Positions 41,906 through 53,330 of a stretch of DNA of 64,000 nt are shown piece by piece. Origin of the DNA: Nannocystis bainbridge (GTDB lineage: Bacteria > Myxococcota_A > Polyangia > Nannocystales > Nannocystaceae); NCBI RefSeq assembly GCF_028368995.1, contig NZ_JAQNDL010000005.1:320001-384000 (forward strand), written 5' to 3'. The notes below the pieces were generated by a model. That model was not told the DNA's origin, did no database searches, and worked only from the letters and a program-made list of their open reading frames with translations. The number at the start of each line of letters is the position of its first letter. Position 1 is the stretch's first letter. A program made the translations under genes and the position numbers.

Positions 41906-43546
41906 ATGCGTCGCGCGCTCCAAGCACTCGTGATCACCTGCCTCGCGCTGGGCCCCACCAGCCAGGCCCAGGCCGCCCCGCCGCCCAAATACCGCCAGGA
42001 GGTCGTGGTCGCCGGCTCATCGTTCCAGGGCGTGCACGGGCTGGTCGTCGACAAGGGTCGATTGCTGGCCGGCAACCTGCTCGGCCAGACCGTGCACGCC
42101 GTCGACCTCGCCACCGGCGCCGTCTCGACCGTGGTGGGCCCGCCGCTCGGCGGCGCCGACGACCTGACCCTCGGGCCAGATGGCTCGATGTACTGGACCG
42201 GCTTCTTCTCCGGCCAGCTGATGCGACGCACCCCGCAGGGCAAGGTCCGCGCGATCGCCAAGGACCTGCCGGGCCTCAACTCGCTGGCGTTCCGCGGCGA
42301 CGGCCGGCTCTACGTCACCCAGCTGGGCCCGGCCGACGCCCTGTGGCAGGTCGACCCGACCGGCAAGCAGAAGCCGCGGCAGGTCCTGGCCGCGCCGGGC
42401 TTCCTCAACGGCTTCGAGTTCGGCCCCGACGACCGCCTGTACGGCCCGCTCCTGCTCAAGGGACAGGTCGTGCGGGTCGACGTCGACACCGGCAAGATCG
42501 AGGTCGTCGCCGGCGGCTTCACCATGCCGACCGCGGTCAACTTCGACAGCAAGCGCGAGCACCTGTTCGTCGTCGACGCCGCGACCGGCGAGCTCGTGCG
42601 CGTGCGCGTGGCCACCGGCGAGAAAAAGCTCGTCGCCCAGCTTCCGACCGGGCTCGACAACCTCGCCGTCGGCCCCGACGACCGGGTCTACGTGTCCAAC
42701 ATGGTCGACAACGACATCCGCGTGGTGAACCCCGCCGACGGCTCGGTGCGCACCGTGGTCGCCGCGCGCCTCACCGTGCCCTCCGGCCTCGCCGTCGCCC
42801 CGGACGACGTCGACGAGCAGCTGTGGGTCGCCGACGTGTACGCGCTGCGGCGGGTCGGCGGGCGTGACGGCAAGATCGCCCAGACCACCCGCGTGCTCTC
42901 GACGCCGATGGTGTTCCCGATGCACGTCAGCCTCGGCGACAAGCACGGGATCCTCAGCAGCGCCTACCTCGCAAGCGTGCAGGTGCTCGACCGGGCCAAC
43001 GGCGCGGTCCTGCGGACGATCCCCAACACCGGCGGCGTTCAGGGGGCGATCGAGCTCGGCGACGGCGCGCTGGTGGCCGCCGAAGCGACCACGGGCCGGC
43101 TCGTGCGCATCGACAAGGCCGAGCCCGCGACGACCACCGTGCTCAGCGAGGGCCTGCAGGGCCCGGTGGGCCTGGTCGGCGACCTGCAGGCGGACGAGCC
43201 GGCGGTCTACGTCACCGAGGTGCGCGCGGGCCGGGTCACGCGCGTGCGCCTGTCGGACGGGGCCAAGCGCACGGTCGCCAAGGGCCTGCGCGCGCCCGAG
43301 GGCATCGCCCGTCACCCCGACGGCGGCCTCGTCGTCGCCGAGGTCGGCCGCAAGCGCCTGGTCCGCATCGACCCCGCGACGGGCCGCAAGACCGTGCTGG
43401 CGAGCGGCCTGCGCATCGGCCTGCCCGAGAGCCGCGGCCTGCCGCCCGGTTACGTGCCGACCGGGGTCGCCGTGGGCCGCTCGGGCACCATCTACGTCTC
43501 GTCGGACGTCGAGAGCGCCCTCTATCGATTCGTGCCGGTCCCCTGA
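41906..43546 (+). CDS. secreted SMP-30/gluconolactonase/NHL beta-propeller protein
   Basis: Signal peptide. Repeats [37 protein letters not shown]. Confidence 0.85.
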   Translation: MRRALQALVITCLALGPTSQAQAAPPPKYRQEVVVAGSSFQGVHGLVVDKGRLLAGNLLGQTVHAVDLATGAVSTVVGPPLGGADDLTLGPDGSMYWTGFFSGQLMRRTPQGKVRAIAKDLPGLNSLAFRGDGRLYVTQLGPADALWQVDPTGKQKPRQVLAAPGFLNGFEFGPDDRLYGPLLLKGQVVRVDVDTGKIEVVAGGFTMPTAVNFDSKREHLFVVDAATGELVRVRVATGEKKLVAQLPTGLDNLAVGPDDRVYVSNMVDNDIRVVNPADGSVRTVVAARLTVPSGLAVAPDDVDEQLWVADVYALRRVGGRDGKIAQTTRVLSTPMVFPMHVSLGDKHGILSSAYLASVQVLDRANGAVLRTIPNTGGVQGAIELGDGALVAAEATTGRLVRIDKAEPATTTVLSEGLQGPVGLVGDLQADEPAVYVTEVRAGRVTRVRLSDGAKRTVAKGLRAPEGIARHPDGGLVVAEVGRKRLVRIDPATGRKTVLASGLRIGLPESRGLPPGYVPTGVAVGRSGTIYVSSDVESALYRFVPVP

Positions 43547-43550
43547 ACAC

Positions 43551-43940
43551 TCACCCGATCGGCTGATACAGCTGGATCAGGTTGCCGCAGGTGTCGGCGA
43601 GGATTGCGATCGACACCGCGCCCATCGGCGTCGGCTCGATCGTGAAGGCCACCCCGCGCGCGCGCAGCCGATCGTACTCCGCCGCGAGGTCGTCGACCTC
43701 GAACGCCGTCAGCGGGATCCCCTGGGAGAACAGCGCCGCCTGGTACGTCTTCGCCGCCGGGTTGGCGTTGGGCTCGAGCACCAGCTCGACATCGCCGGGC
43801 CCCTCCGGCGAGACCACCGTGATCCAGCGGTACTCGCCGATCGGCAGGTCGTGCTTCGGCTTGAAGCCGAGCACCTCGGTGTAAAACCGCAGCGCCTTGT
43901 CCTGATCGTCGACCATGATGCTGTTCAGCTTGATCTTCAT
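43551..43940 (-). CDS. VOC/glyoxalase family protein
   Basis: VDDQDKALRFYTEVLGF, RWITVVSPEG, DTCGNLIQL. Confidence 0.95.
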   Translation of the reverse strand: MKIKLNSIMVDDQDKALRFYTEVLGFKPKHDLPIGEYRWITVVSPEGPGDVELVLEPNANPAAKTYQAALFSQGIPLTAFEVDDLAAEYDRLRARGVAFTIEPTPMGAVSIAILADTCGNLIQLYQPIG

Positions 43941-43987
43941 CGCTTCGCCTCCGTGGATGCGCGGCGAGCATGACAGCTGCCGTACGG

Positions 43988-44431
43988 TCACGCTTCTCGA
44001 AAATTGCGAAACGTGCCCGGCGGCAGCCCGCCCATCAGCGTCAGGCAGCCCGCGACCGGGCTCACCGGCCGCGACGGCGGCACCTGCACCAGCCCTCGCA
44101 GACGCCGCTGATACGCCGACGGCGTCACCCCGACCCGCCGCCGGAACAGCGCGCTGAAGCTCCCGAGGCTGGAGAAGCCGACCTCCAGACACACCTCGGT
44201 CACCGGCATGTGCCCGGCCGCCAGCAGCCGGCGGGCGCGACCCAGCCGCGCGTGGATCCGGAGCTGATGCGGCGTCGCCCCGAACACCGCCTCGAACTGC
44301 CGGATGAAGTGGTACTGCGAGATGCCGACGGCGCGCGCGACCTCGCCGACCGACGCCTGGCCCTCGCCGACCTCGCACAGCAGGTCGCGCGCGCGGCACA
44401 GATGGCGGAAGACGTCGGGCCGCAGCAGCAT
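43988..44431 (-). CDS. AraC family transcriptional regulator (HTH only)
   Basis: SQYHFIRQF..FGATPHQ and VTEVCLEVGFSSLGSFS.LF.RRVG.TP. Confidence 0.93.
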   Translation of the reverse strand: MLLRPDVFRHLCRARDLLCEVGEGQASVGEVARAVGISQYHFIRQFEAVFGATPHQLRIHARLGRARRLLAAGHMPVTEVCLEVGFSSLGSFSALFRRRVGVTPSAYQRRLRGLVQVPPSRPVSPVAGCLTLMGGLPPGTFRNFREA

Positions 44432-44487
44432 CCGCCGCGAGCCTACCGCGGAGCGCCGGCCACCGCGAGCGTCCAGATCGCCGGGTC

Positions 44488-44589
44488 ACGCAGGCCCTGC
44501 AGCGTTGCGCAAACGAGTCGCCGCTCGACCCTCGCCAGGCCCCTCAAACCGGCCCTGCGAAGCCTCCTGCGGGTGGTACGGGCCTTGCT
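44488..44589 (+). promoter_or_regulatory. sigma54 promoter with paired upstream boxes
   Basis: TGGTAC-GGGCC-TTGCT at 44574-44589. Boxes ACGCAGGCCCTGCAG (44488) and half-site GCGCA (44507). Confidence 0.75.
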
Positions 44590-44613
44590 AACTCGAGCGG
44601 CGAGGATCTTCGA

Positions 44614-44751
44614 ATGACCACCACCTTCGCCTTCATCGCAGCCTTCCCCGGTCTCTTGCAGAACATGCTCGGCTGGCTCTGCGGCGCGCTCGTCATCCTC
44701 GGCCTGTTCCTCTTCAACCGCAGCCGCATGCGCGAGCCTTCGCACGAGTGA
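44614..44751 (+). CDS. 45-aa membrane peptide
   Basis: MTTTFAFIAAFPGLLQNMLGWLCGALVILGLFLFNRSRMREPSHE*. GAGGA RBS, own sigma54 promoter, GC3-rich codons. Below the ORF-track cutoff. Confidence 0.7.
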   Translation: MTTTFAFIAAFPGLLQNMLGWLCGALVILGLFLFNRSRMREPSHE

Positions 44752-44771
44752 TGCGGCCGAGCCCGGTGCGG

Positions 44772-44862
44772 ACGCAGCATCTGCACCGCCGCGCAGGGCG
44801 TTCGCCCGCGCCAGCGAGCCCGGCGGGGAATCGCAGCGAGAACCGCTGGCACGCGGATTGCT
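44772..44862 (+). promoter_or_regulatory. sigma54 promoter with paired upstream boxes
   Basis: TGGCAC-GCGGA-TTGCT at 44847-44862. Boxes ACGCAGCATCTGCAC (44772) and GCGCAGGGCGTTCGC (44791). Confidence 0.8.
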
Positions 44863-44875
44863 GCTATGACGGCGC

Positions 44876-45361
44876 ATGCACGTCGCCCTCCGCTGTCTCT
44901 TCACCTCGCTCCTGTTCGCCGCCGCCTGCGACGCGCCGCCGCCCGCGCCGCGCGTCGAGACCCGCAACGCCAACCCGAGCGGCGACCGCCAGGGCCTCTC
45001 GGGCTGCCTCGACGATTGCAGCGCGCAGAAGCTGAGCGGCACCGACGCGGCGACCTGTCGCAACAATTGCGAGGCCTCGTTCAGGGTCGCCCCCACCGCC
45101 GCCGGCGCGCCCGCGCTCGACACAACGGTCAAGTGCCTCGACCGCTGCCACCGGCAAGCGCCGAAGGACGCCGCCTGCGCCGACGCCTGCAAGGGGTCGG
45201 CGCAATCGCTGGAGTCGGAGTTCCCCGGCGCGCTGGGCCGCCTCGGCGCCTGCGTCGACGCCTGCCACGCCGATCGCAGCCTGGCCGACACCGACCGCTA
45301 CACGTGCGTCAACAACTGCGCGCAGACGGCGAAGATCGCCGACAAGCCGGCCGCGCAGTGA
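44876..45361 (+). CDS. Cys-rich helical lipoprotein (six CxxxC motifs)
   Basis: Lipobox FAAAC. CLDDC, CRNNC, CLDRCH, CADAC, CVDACH, CVNNC. Confidence 0.85.
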   Translation: MHVALRCLFTSLLFAAACDAPPPAPRVETRNANPSGDRQGLSGCLDDCSAQKLSGTDAATCRNNCEASFRVAPTAAGAPALDTTVKCLDRCHRQAPKDAACADACKGSAQSLESEFPGALGRLGACVDACHADRSLADTDRYTCVNNCAQTAKIADKPAAQ

Positions 45362-45401
45362 CGCGGCCCTGCGCGCTGCGGTGAGGCACCGCAGCCGCGC
45401 T

Positions 45402-46759
<1,358 letters not shown>

Positions 46760-46763
<4 letters not shown>

Positions 46764-48472
46764 CCGTGGTTCTCCATACGCGAGCGGATCGCACTGTCGG
46801 GCGGGCCGTCGAGCGGCAGCACGATGCGGAAGACCGTGCACCCGCGCTTGCTCTCGACGTCGAGGGTGCCACCGTGATCGGTGACGATGCGATACGAGAT
46901 CGACAGACCGAGCCCGGTGCCCTGCGCCTTGGTCGAGAAGAACGCGTCGAAGATCGGCGCGTCGTCGGGGATCCCGGGGCCGTCGTCCTCGATCTCGAAC
47001 GACACCGTCTGCGGCTGCCTGCGCGCCCGCAGGACCACGCGTCCGGCCCGGCCCTCGCCGCTGACCGCCTCGACCGCGTTCTGCGTCAGGTTGAGCAGCA
47101 CCTGCTCGAGCTTGGCCCCGTCGGCCTCGAGCTCGAGCGCCTGCGGCGGCACGTCGAGCTCCACCGCGACCCCGTGCTGATGCGCCTGCGCGGCCACCAT
47201 CTGGGCCGCGCGCTCGAGCAGCGTCTGCGCCATTACGCGCTTGACCAGCAGCGGCTTCGGCCGCGCGAACGCCAGGAACTCGGTGACCAGGCTGCCGAGG
47301 CGCTTGATCTCGTCGGCGACCACGCCGACGGTCTCGATCAGCTCGGGGTGCGCGCCGGACCGCTTCAGCGAGCGGTCGAGGTAGGTGACGTGCAGCTGCG
47401 CCCCGTTGAGCGGGTTGCGGATCTCGTGGGCCAGGCCGGCCGCGAGGGTGCCGATCGCCGCCAGCTTCTCCTGCTGCTTGGTGCGGGCCAGCAGCGCCTT
47501 CTCGTGGGTGGTGTCGCGGCCGATGGCGAACACGCACACGTCGTCGCCGCTCGACGGCGCGTGCGTCAGCTGCCACAGCACGCTGCGCCGCTGCCCCGAG
47601 CGGGTGCTGATCGCGGTCTCGATCGCCCGGCTCACCACCTCGCGCTCGCCCGCCGTCGCCGCGAAGCCGCCCAGGACCTCGCGCAGCGCCGCGCCCTCGC
47701 CGGTCTCGTCGATCGCCAGGCACTCGAGCAGCGGGCGCCCGATCACCTCGTCGCGCGCGAACCCGGTGACCCGCTCGGCCTCCTGATTGAACAGCAGGAT
47801 CGCCCCGCGCGCGTCGAGGCCGACGATGACCACGTGGGCCAGCTCGACCGCGTTGACGTAGCGGTGCTCCGTGCGCGCCAGCGAGGCGTCGAGCGCCTTG
47901 CGCTCGAGCCGCTCGACCTGCTGGATGCGGGCGACGAAGTTGTCGCGGTAGCTCTCGAGCATGATCGCCAGCTCGAGGTCGAGCAGGCGCGACACGGCGT
48001 CCATCACGTGCAGCCCCGCCGGCCCCTCGGCCTCGGCGATGCGCTGCAGCGACGAGCGGATGAGCGCCATCGCCGTGAACATGTAGCGCTGCGGCAGCCC
48101 GACCTTGACGTGCACCCGGCCGATCTTGGCCGTGTCTTCGAAGTACGCCTCGTCGTAGCGGCCGCCGAACAGCCGCTCCATCCACAGCACCAGCGACCGC
48201 TGCAGCCGCGCGATCTGGGCCTCGCCGGTGAACACCGCGTGCGCCTCGTCGTGCAGGCGGATCCGGTCGTAGAACTCCTGGGCGATGCGAGCGAAGTGCG
48301 GCGCCGCGACGTCACGGAAGCCCCGCAGCAGCGCCGCGTCCTCGGCCGCGAACGCGACGTAGCGCTTCAGCTCCTCGAAGCGGGTCTCGGCGGCAGGCGG
48401 GTCCCGTGCTGGAAGACCATGGTTCGACAGGGAAGACCGTCGCTCTCGCTGGGTGCGCGTGAAAATTACCAT
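46760..48472 (-). CDS. protoglobin-PAS histidine kinase (globin-coupled sensor)
   Basis: Globin [10 protein letters not shown]...EFYDRI...[19 protein letters not shown]...[41 protein letters not shown]. Exact start uncertain. Confidence 0.93.
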
Positions 48473-48518
48473 CTCGACCTGCGCGCCAACAAGGGCCCGG
48501 AAGGCCGCGGACTCGGCC

Positions 48519-48947
48519 TCACGCCGCGGCCTCCAGCAGCCGCAGCAGCCCCGGGTAATCGATCGGCTTGGTCACGATCCGGCAGCCCGGCGCTGCCCCG
48601 AGCGCGAGCCGCTCGGCCACCTGCGGGTGCGCCGTCACCAGCACCAGGCGCAGCGCCGGATGGCGCGCGTGGATCCGCCGCAGCGTCTCGACCTCGCCCG
48701 CGCGCGCCGGCGAGACGTCCATCACCAGCACGTCCGGCCGCGGCCCGCGCTCGACGCAGGCCTCGGCCCCGGCGGCGTCGCCCGCGACCTCGACTTCGAA
48801 CCCGTCGACGCGCAGCAACTTGACCAGGACGGTCGCCGTCTTCGGCTCGCCGTCGACGATGAGGATCGACACCGGTCGCTCGGTCACCACGCCGAGAGGC
48901 ACGGGCTGCTGGATTGCGCATCGAAGCATGGTCGTGAGGGGTGGCAC
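48519..48947 (-). CDS. stand-alone response regulator receiver protein
   Basis: ILIVDGE, PDVLVMD, LVLVTA, VTKPID. True start is probably downstream of 48947. Confidence 0.85.
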   Translation of the reverse strand: MPPLTTMLRCAIQQPVPLGVVTERPVSILIVDGEPKTATVLVKLLRVDGFEVEVAGDAAGAEACVERGPRPDVLVMDVSPARAGEVETLRRIHARHPALRLVLVTAHPQVAERLALGAAPGCRIVTKPIDYPGLLRLLEAAA

Positions 48948-48979
48948 GGGGAAAGTCGCGGCGTGGTCCGGAGGCTTCG

Positions 48980-49083
48980 AGCAAGCGTCATGCCATCGCT
49001 ATTCGGGCCGCTGACCGGGGGCTGCGACAGCTCTTTCCCCGCCGGCAGCGCGAGCGCCTTGCGCACCGGTGCAAGACCTGCAC
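48980..49083 (-). promoter_or_regulatory. sigma54 promoter for the receiver-kinase-NtrC operon with paired boxes
   Basis: Minus strand TGGCAT-GACGC-TTGCT at 48995-48980. Boxes GTGCAAGACCTGCAC (49069) and half-site ...TGCGC (49050-49064). Confidence 0.8.
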
Positions 49084-49200
49084 GTCGCGCCTCCCGGGCG
49101 TCGCCAGCGAGCGCCACGCCGCGCGTCGAGGGCTCTCGTAAGGTCAGCTTCACCGCCCTCACCGTCGCCCAGGATATTCGCGCTGGCGCCTTCGTCGCAC

Positions 49201-49440
49201 GCGCAACTCCTGCACCGAAGTGCACCGCCTGCACGCACGATCCGCCGTCGGCTCGCCGCGATCCACGATGATGCTCGATCCTCTCTCGCTGGCGCTCGCG
49301 AGCTCCGGCGACCGACAATCCCGGCCCTGCGCGTCCTCTCGAGGGGCTCCCGCAAGCCGTGCACCGCCACGCAATCGGTGCACCCCCTTGCGCGCGAACG
49401 TTGCGTGCTTCCCTGCCCCCGAATTGGCACGCCTGTTGCT
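49201..49440 (+). promoter_or_regulatory. sigma54 promoter with two pairs of upstream boxes
   Basis: TTGGCAC-GCCTG-TTGCT at 49424-49440. Boxes at 49201/49220 (GCGCAACTCCTGCAC, GTGCACCGCCTGCAC) and 49350/49369 (CCGCAAGCCGTGCAC, ACGCAATCGGTGCAC). Confidence 0.85.
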
Positions 49441-49524
49441 GAGGCCACCGGGCAGCACCACCGCGCTCGGCCGGCTCCGACTGTCGGCGCGCGTCTCGGT
49501 GAACCTGGCCTGGAGGACAGATCG

Positions 49525-50943
49525 ATGCCCAACCCGAACCCCGCCGCCCCCCGGATCCTCATCGTCGACGACGAGCCGAGCGCTCGCTCGGCGCTGACTG
49601 CCCTGCTGCGAGAGGAGGGGTACGAGGTCCAGAGCGCCGCCGACGGCTACAAGGCGCTCGGGCGGACCGACGAGTGGCGGCCCGACATCGTGCTCACCGA
49701 CGTCAAGATGCCCGCCCTCGGCGGCATCGAGCTGCTCGCCCGCCTGCGCGAGCGGCTGCCCGAGGTCGCGGTCGTCATCATGTCCGGCTTCGGCTCGGTC
49801 GAGGGCGCCGTCGAGGCCATGCAGCTCGGCGCCGACGACTACCTCAGCAAGCCGCTCGACCTCGACCAGGTGCTGCTCACCCTCCAGCGCATCGTCGCCG
49901 GCCGCGCCCTCGCCAGCGGGATCAAGGAGGCGCGCGCCGCCTGCGGGTCCGCCGACGCCGAGACCCTCGCCGACCTCGTCGGCCAGAGCCGGACCCACCG
50001 CGAGCTCGTCGAGCTCGCCGGTCAGGTCGCCGAGGCTCCCGTCTCGCTCCTCATCACCGGCGAGCGCGGCACCGGCAAGCAGCACATCGCCCACCTCATC
50101 CACCAGCTCAGCGGGCGCCCCGGCCGGCTCGTGCGCGTCGGCTGCAGCACCGCCGACGAGGCCACCCTCACCGAGGAGCTGTTTGGCGCCGAGAGCCGCG
50201 TGCTCGCGGCCCACCGCGGCACCCTCCTGCTCACCGACGTCGACGCGCTCCCGCCCGCGCTCCAGGCCCGGCTGCTCGGCCTCTTGCAAGATCGCTGCGT
50301 CACTCGCCTCGGCGGCGCCCGCCTCGAGATCGACGTCCGCGTCGTCGCCACCAGCCGCGACCTCGCCGGCGCCGTCGCCAGCGGCCGGTTCCGCCAGGAC
50401 CTCGCCGAGCGCCTCGCGGTCGTCGGCCTGCGCGTGCCGGCCCTGCGCGAGCGCCGGGACGACATCCCCCTGCTCGCCGCCCACTTCGTGCAACGCCACG
50501 CCCGCAGGCTCGGCAAGACGGTCACTGGTTGCGCCGAGCGGGTGCTGCAGATCCTGTTCGGCCTCGACTGGCCCGGCAACGCCCGTCAGCTCGAGACGTG
50601 CATCGAGCGCGCCGTGATCCTCGCCCGCGGCCGCGAGATCGAGCCGCGCGACCTGCCGCGCGAGTTCACGGCCGCGACCGCCGATCACCGCGGCGCGCCG
50701 GTCATCCCCGGCGCCAGCCTGTGGGACATCGAGCGCTACGCCATCCTGCAGACCCTCGAGCACACCGGCGGCAGCACCAGCAAGGCCGCCCGGATCCTCG
50801 GCATCTCCCCGCGCAAGATCCAGTACCGCCTCAACGAGTACGGCCTCGTCAAGCAGTCCGCCGTGGCCCACTGCGCCCCGCGAACGAGCGAGCCGCCCGC
50901 CACGGTCAGGCCGCAGCGCACGGGCTCCCTCGCCGACGCGTGA
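49525..50943 (+). CDS. NtrC-like response regulator with degenerate AAA+ domain (no GAFTGA)
   Basis: Intact receiver IVDDE..TDVKMP and Walker A GERGTGKQ. EELFGAESRVLAAHRGTLLLTDVD lacks the GAFTGA loop and the canonical Walker B. WPGNARQL, Fis HTH, GGAGG RBS. Confidence 0.92.
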   Translation: MPNPNPAAPRILIVDDEPSARSALTALLREEGYEVQSAADGYKALGRTDEWRPDIVLTDVKMPALGGIELLARLRERLPEVAVVIMSGFGSVEGAVEAMQLGADDYLSKPLDLDQVLLTLQRIVAGRALASGIKEARAACGSADAETLADLVGQSRTHRELVELAGQVAEAPVSLLITGERGTGKQHIAHLIHQLSGRPGRLVRVGCSTADEATLTEELFGAESRVLAAHRGTLLLTDVDALPPALQARLLGLLQDRCVTRLGGARLEIDVRVVATSRDLAGAVASGRFRQDLAERLAVVGLRVPALRERRDDIPLLAAHFVQRHARRLGKTVTGCAERVLQILFGLDWPGNARQLETCIERAVILARGREIEPRDLPREFTAATADHRGAPVIPGASLWDIERYAILQTLEHTGGSTSKAARILGISPRKIQYRLNEYGLVKQSAVAHCAPRTSEPPATVRPQRTGSLADA

Positions 50944-51019
50944 CGCGTTCACACCCCCGGGCGTCGGTGGCATGCATCGACCCGGGATCGTGGTGAAGAC
51001 AATCGTTCGGGCGGCCGCG

Positions 51020-51709
51020 TCAGGCGTCGCGGGGCTCGCCGGACGGACGACGGCGCTCGTGGGCCCGGGCGAGCGCCGCGACGAGCAGCGAAGCGACGAG
51101 CAGCCCGGCGAGGATCGGCCACGCATCGGTCTGAAACCGCCCCGACGCGTCGAACATCTCGCTGCCGAGGTAGCTCACGAGCAGCAGCGGCGGCACATAG
51201 CCGATGAGCGAGCCCCAGAAATGAGTCCAGAACCCGACCCGCGACACGCCGAGGAAGGCGTGCAGCACCTGCGGCATCCAGAAGATCAGGCGCAGGACGA
51301 CGACGGTCCGGAACGCGGCGTGATCGAGCGATTCGTCGTACTTGCGGAGCCGGGCCGGAATGCGCTTCGAGACCCAATCCTTCGCCACGAAGCGCGCGAA
51401 CGAGAAGCCGACCACGCTCGCACCCATCGTCCCGATCATCGACAGCGCGAAGGCCGTCCGCCACGGCCAGATCAGCGGCGCCGCGACGATGAAGATCGTC
51501 CCCGGGACGCCGAACGGCTGCAGCACCGTGTACGCCAGGATGAACGCGAGGTAGCCCCACGCCCCCATCGCCACGAGCCCCTCGGCCAAGATCTTCGGCT
51601 CGGCGAGCCGCTCGAACACCCCGAAGCAATAGGCGCCCGCGAGCGTGAGGAGCACCAGGACGACGACGCTGAGCCTGGCGCCACGCCGCGCGCGAATCGT
51701 CGGGCTCAT
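51020..51709 (-). CDS. TVP38/TMEM64 (DedA/VTT) membrane protein
   Basis: PFGVPGTIF, GASVVGFSFARF, VVLRLIF, GVSRVGFWTHFWGSLIG..P. Confidence 0.9.
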   Translation of the reverse strand: MSPTIRARRGARLSVVVLVLLTLAGAYCFGVFERLAEPKILAEGLVAMGAWGYLAFILAYTVLQPFGVPGTIFIVAAPLIWPWRTAFALSMIGTMGASVVGFSFARFVAKDWVSKRIPARLRKYDESLDHAAFRTVVVLRLIFWMPQVLHAFLGVSRVGFWTHFWGSLIGYVPPLLLVSYLGSEMFDASGRFQTDAWPILAGLLVASLLVAALARAHERRRPSGEPRDA

Positions 51710-52368
51710 GCCGCGACCCTGTTGATGTCGGCCATCTCGAGGATGAACCGATCGGCCCGCCCCTCGACGACCCGAAGCATCGCACGGCCGAGGATCTCGG
51801 AGGTGGTGAACAGGCTCGGGAACCTCCGCGTGAGCCACGGGAGCAGCGGGAGCACCGGCTTCAACACCACGAGCCCGGCCTGATAGAGGCGCGTGCGGCT
51901 GCGGATGCCGGGACCGGGCCGGATGAAGCCGGGGCGCACCGCGCCGGCGTGGCGAAACGGCATCGACTTCAGCGCCCCCTCCACGCGCTGGCGAACCCTC
52001 GCCCACATCGAACGGCCGCCGGCGCCCGCTGCCGAGCAGTAGCAGAAGGAGAACTCCGGGTTCAGCCGGACCAGCGCGCGCGCCCACAGCAGCGTCAGCT
52101 CCTCGGTCACTCTGGCGTAGGCCGCCTCGTCGAGGCCCACGGAGCTGACGCCGACGGCCCAGATGCAGGCGTCGTAACCGACGAGCTGCTCTTCGACGGC
52201 GCCGATGTCGAAGAGATCGGGCAGCAGGAGCTCGCGCAGCTTCGGGTGCTCGACGCCGCACGTACGCCGCCCGATGCTGAACACCGCCTCGACCTCGGGG
52301 GCCGCGAGCGCTTCGCGCAGCGCGCCTGCCCCGACCATGCCGTTCGCGCCGAAAATCACGAGTCTCAT
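51706..52368 (-). CDS. NAD(P)-binding epimerase-like oxidoreductase
   Basis: VIFGANGMVG, GYDACIWAVGVSSVG, MWARV, RPGFI. Confidence 0.9.
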   Translation of the reverse strand: MRLVIFGANGMVGAGALREALAAPEVEAVFSIGRRTCGVEHPKLRELLLPDLFDIGAVEEQLVGYDACIWAVGVSSVGLDEAAYARVTEELTLLWARALVRLNPEFSFCYCSAAGAGGRSMWARVRQRVEGALKSMPFRHAGAVRPGFIRPGPGIRSRTRLYQAGLVVLKPVLPLLPWLTRRFPSLFTTSEILGRAMLRVVEGRADRFILEMADINRVAA

Positions 52369-52482
52369 CCCATGCACCTCTTCATTCCGTGGATCCGCAC
52401 GATCATCCGCGCTGGCATGATTGTGCCGTCCGAGCTCAGCGAGCGAGCGCCTCGCACAGCAGCCGAGCCGCATCCTGGTCGT

Positions 52483-53049
52483 TCACGGTCGGCGCCCCTT
52501 CGAAATCGCTGGTCTTACGAATCGCTCGGCGAGGACCTGGAGCCGCCGTTCGAGCACCGCGCTCGTCGGCATATCGGCGAGCAGACCGTCGAGCGCGAGC
52601 AGGAAGACCTCGGCCTGCTCCTCGTCCCCCAGGATGGTCGACACGCAATCCAGCGCGACCCTGTGGTGCTCCGCGTCGGTCGCGGGGTCCAGTCGCTCGC
52701 AGACTTCGAGGAACTCGCTCCCCATCGGCGTCCCGACCATGTCGGACCACGGCTCCAGCACCATCACCCTGCACACCGCGAGCAAGCGCTCGTATCGGCT
52801 GCCTCGCGCGCCCGTCGCCTGCTTCGCCGCGGGGTGCAGCGAGACCAGCCAGTCGACGAACACGGCCCTGTAGATGTCTTCCTTGTTTTTGAAGATCCGG
52901 TAGAGCAGCGTGCGCGAGAGGTTCGCCCGCTTGGCGATGTCCTCGAGCGAGGTCTTGGCGAAGCCGAAGTTGAGGAAGCACCACCGCGCGGCGAGCAGGA
53001 CCCTGGCGCGGCGCGCAGCCGCCTCGTCCTCGTTCATGGTCGCGCTCAC
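52483..53049 (-). CDS. TetR/AcrR family transcriptional regulator
   Basis: GFAKTSLEDIAKRANLSRTLLYRIFKNKEDI. Confidence 0.95.
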   Translation of the reverse strand: MSATMNEDEAAARRARVLLAARWCFLNFGFAKTSLEDIAKRANLSRTLLYRIFKNKEDIYRAVFVDWLVSLHPAAKQATGARGSRYERLLAVCRVMVLEPWSDMVGTPMGSEFLEVCERLDPATDAEHHRVALDCVSTILGDEEQAEVFLLALDGLLADMPTSAVLERRLQVLAERFVRPAISKGRRP

Positions 53050-53058
53050 GCGAACACT

Positions 53059-53084
53059 TTGACAATCGGAGCAATATTTGTCAA
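53059..53084. promoter_or_regulatory. inverted repeat, probable TetR auto-operator overlapping the -35
   Basis: TTGACAA-N12-TTGTCAA immediately upstream of the TetR start. Confidence 0.65.
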
Positions 53085-53184
53085 CTCGTCACCGAGCGAG
53101 AGCCGCCCGACCCGGGCACCGCGCCTCTGGGCGGCGATTTCGCGCCCGCGCAGCGATTCGCAGCACCGCGCGAACGATGAGCCT

Positions 53185-53299
53185 GCGCGAGGCTTGCGTG
53201 CCCCGTGCACCGCTTGCGCCTCGCCGCCGGCGACAGCTCCGTACCCCGCCGAAAATCGCCAGCGATCCTCACTCCGCGCCGCGCGGTGCGACGGTTGCA
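53185..53299 (+). promoter_or_regulatory. sigma54-like promoter with paired boxes upstream of the USP gene
   Basis: CGGTGC-GACGG-TTGCA (GG-N10-GC) at 53284-53299. Boxes GCGCGAGGCTTGCGT (53185) and GTGCACCGCTTGCGC (53205). Confidence 0.65.
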
Positions 53300-53330
53300 A
53301 CCTCGCCATCGCCACAGGAGCAAGATTCGC

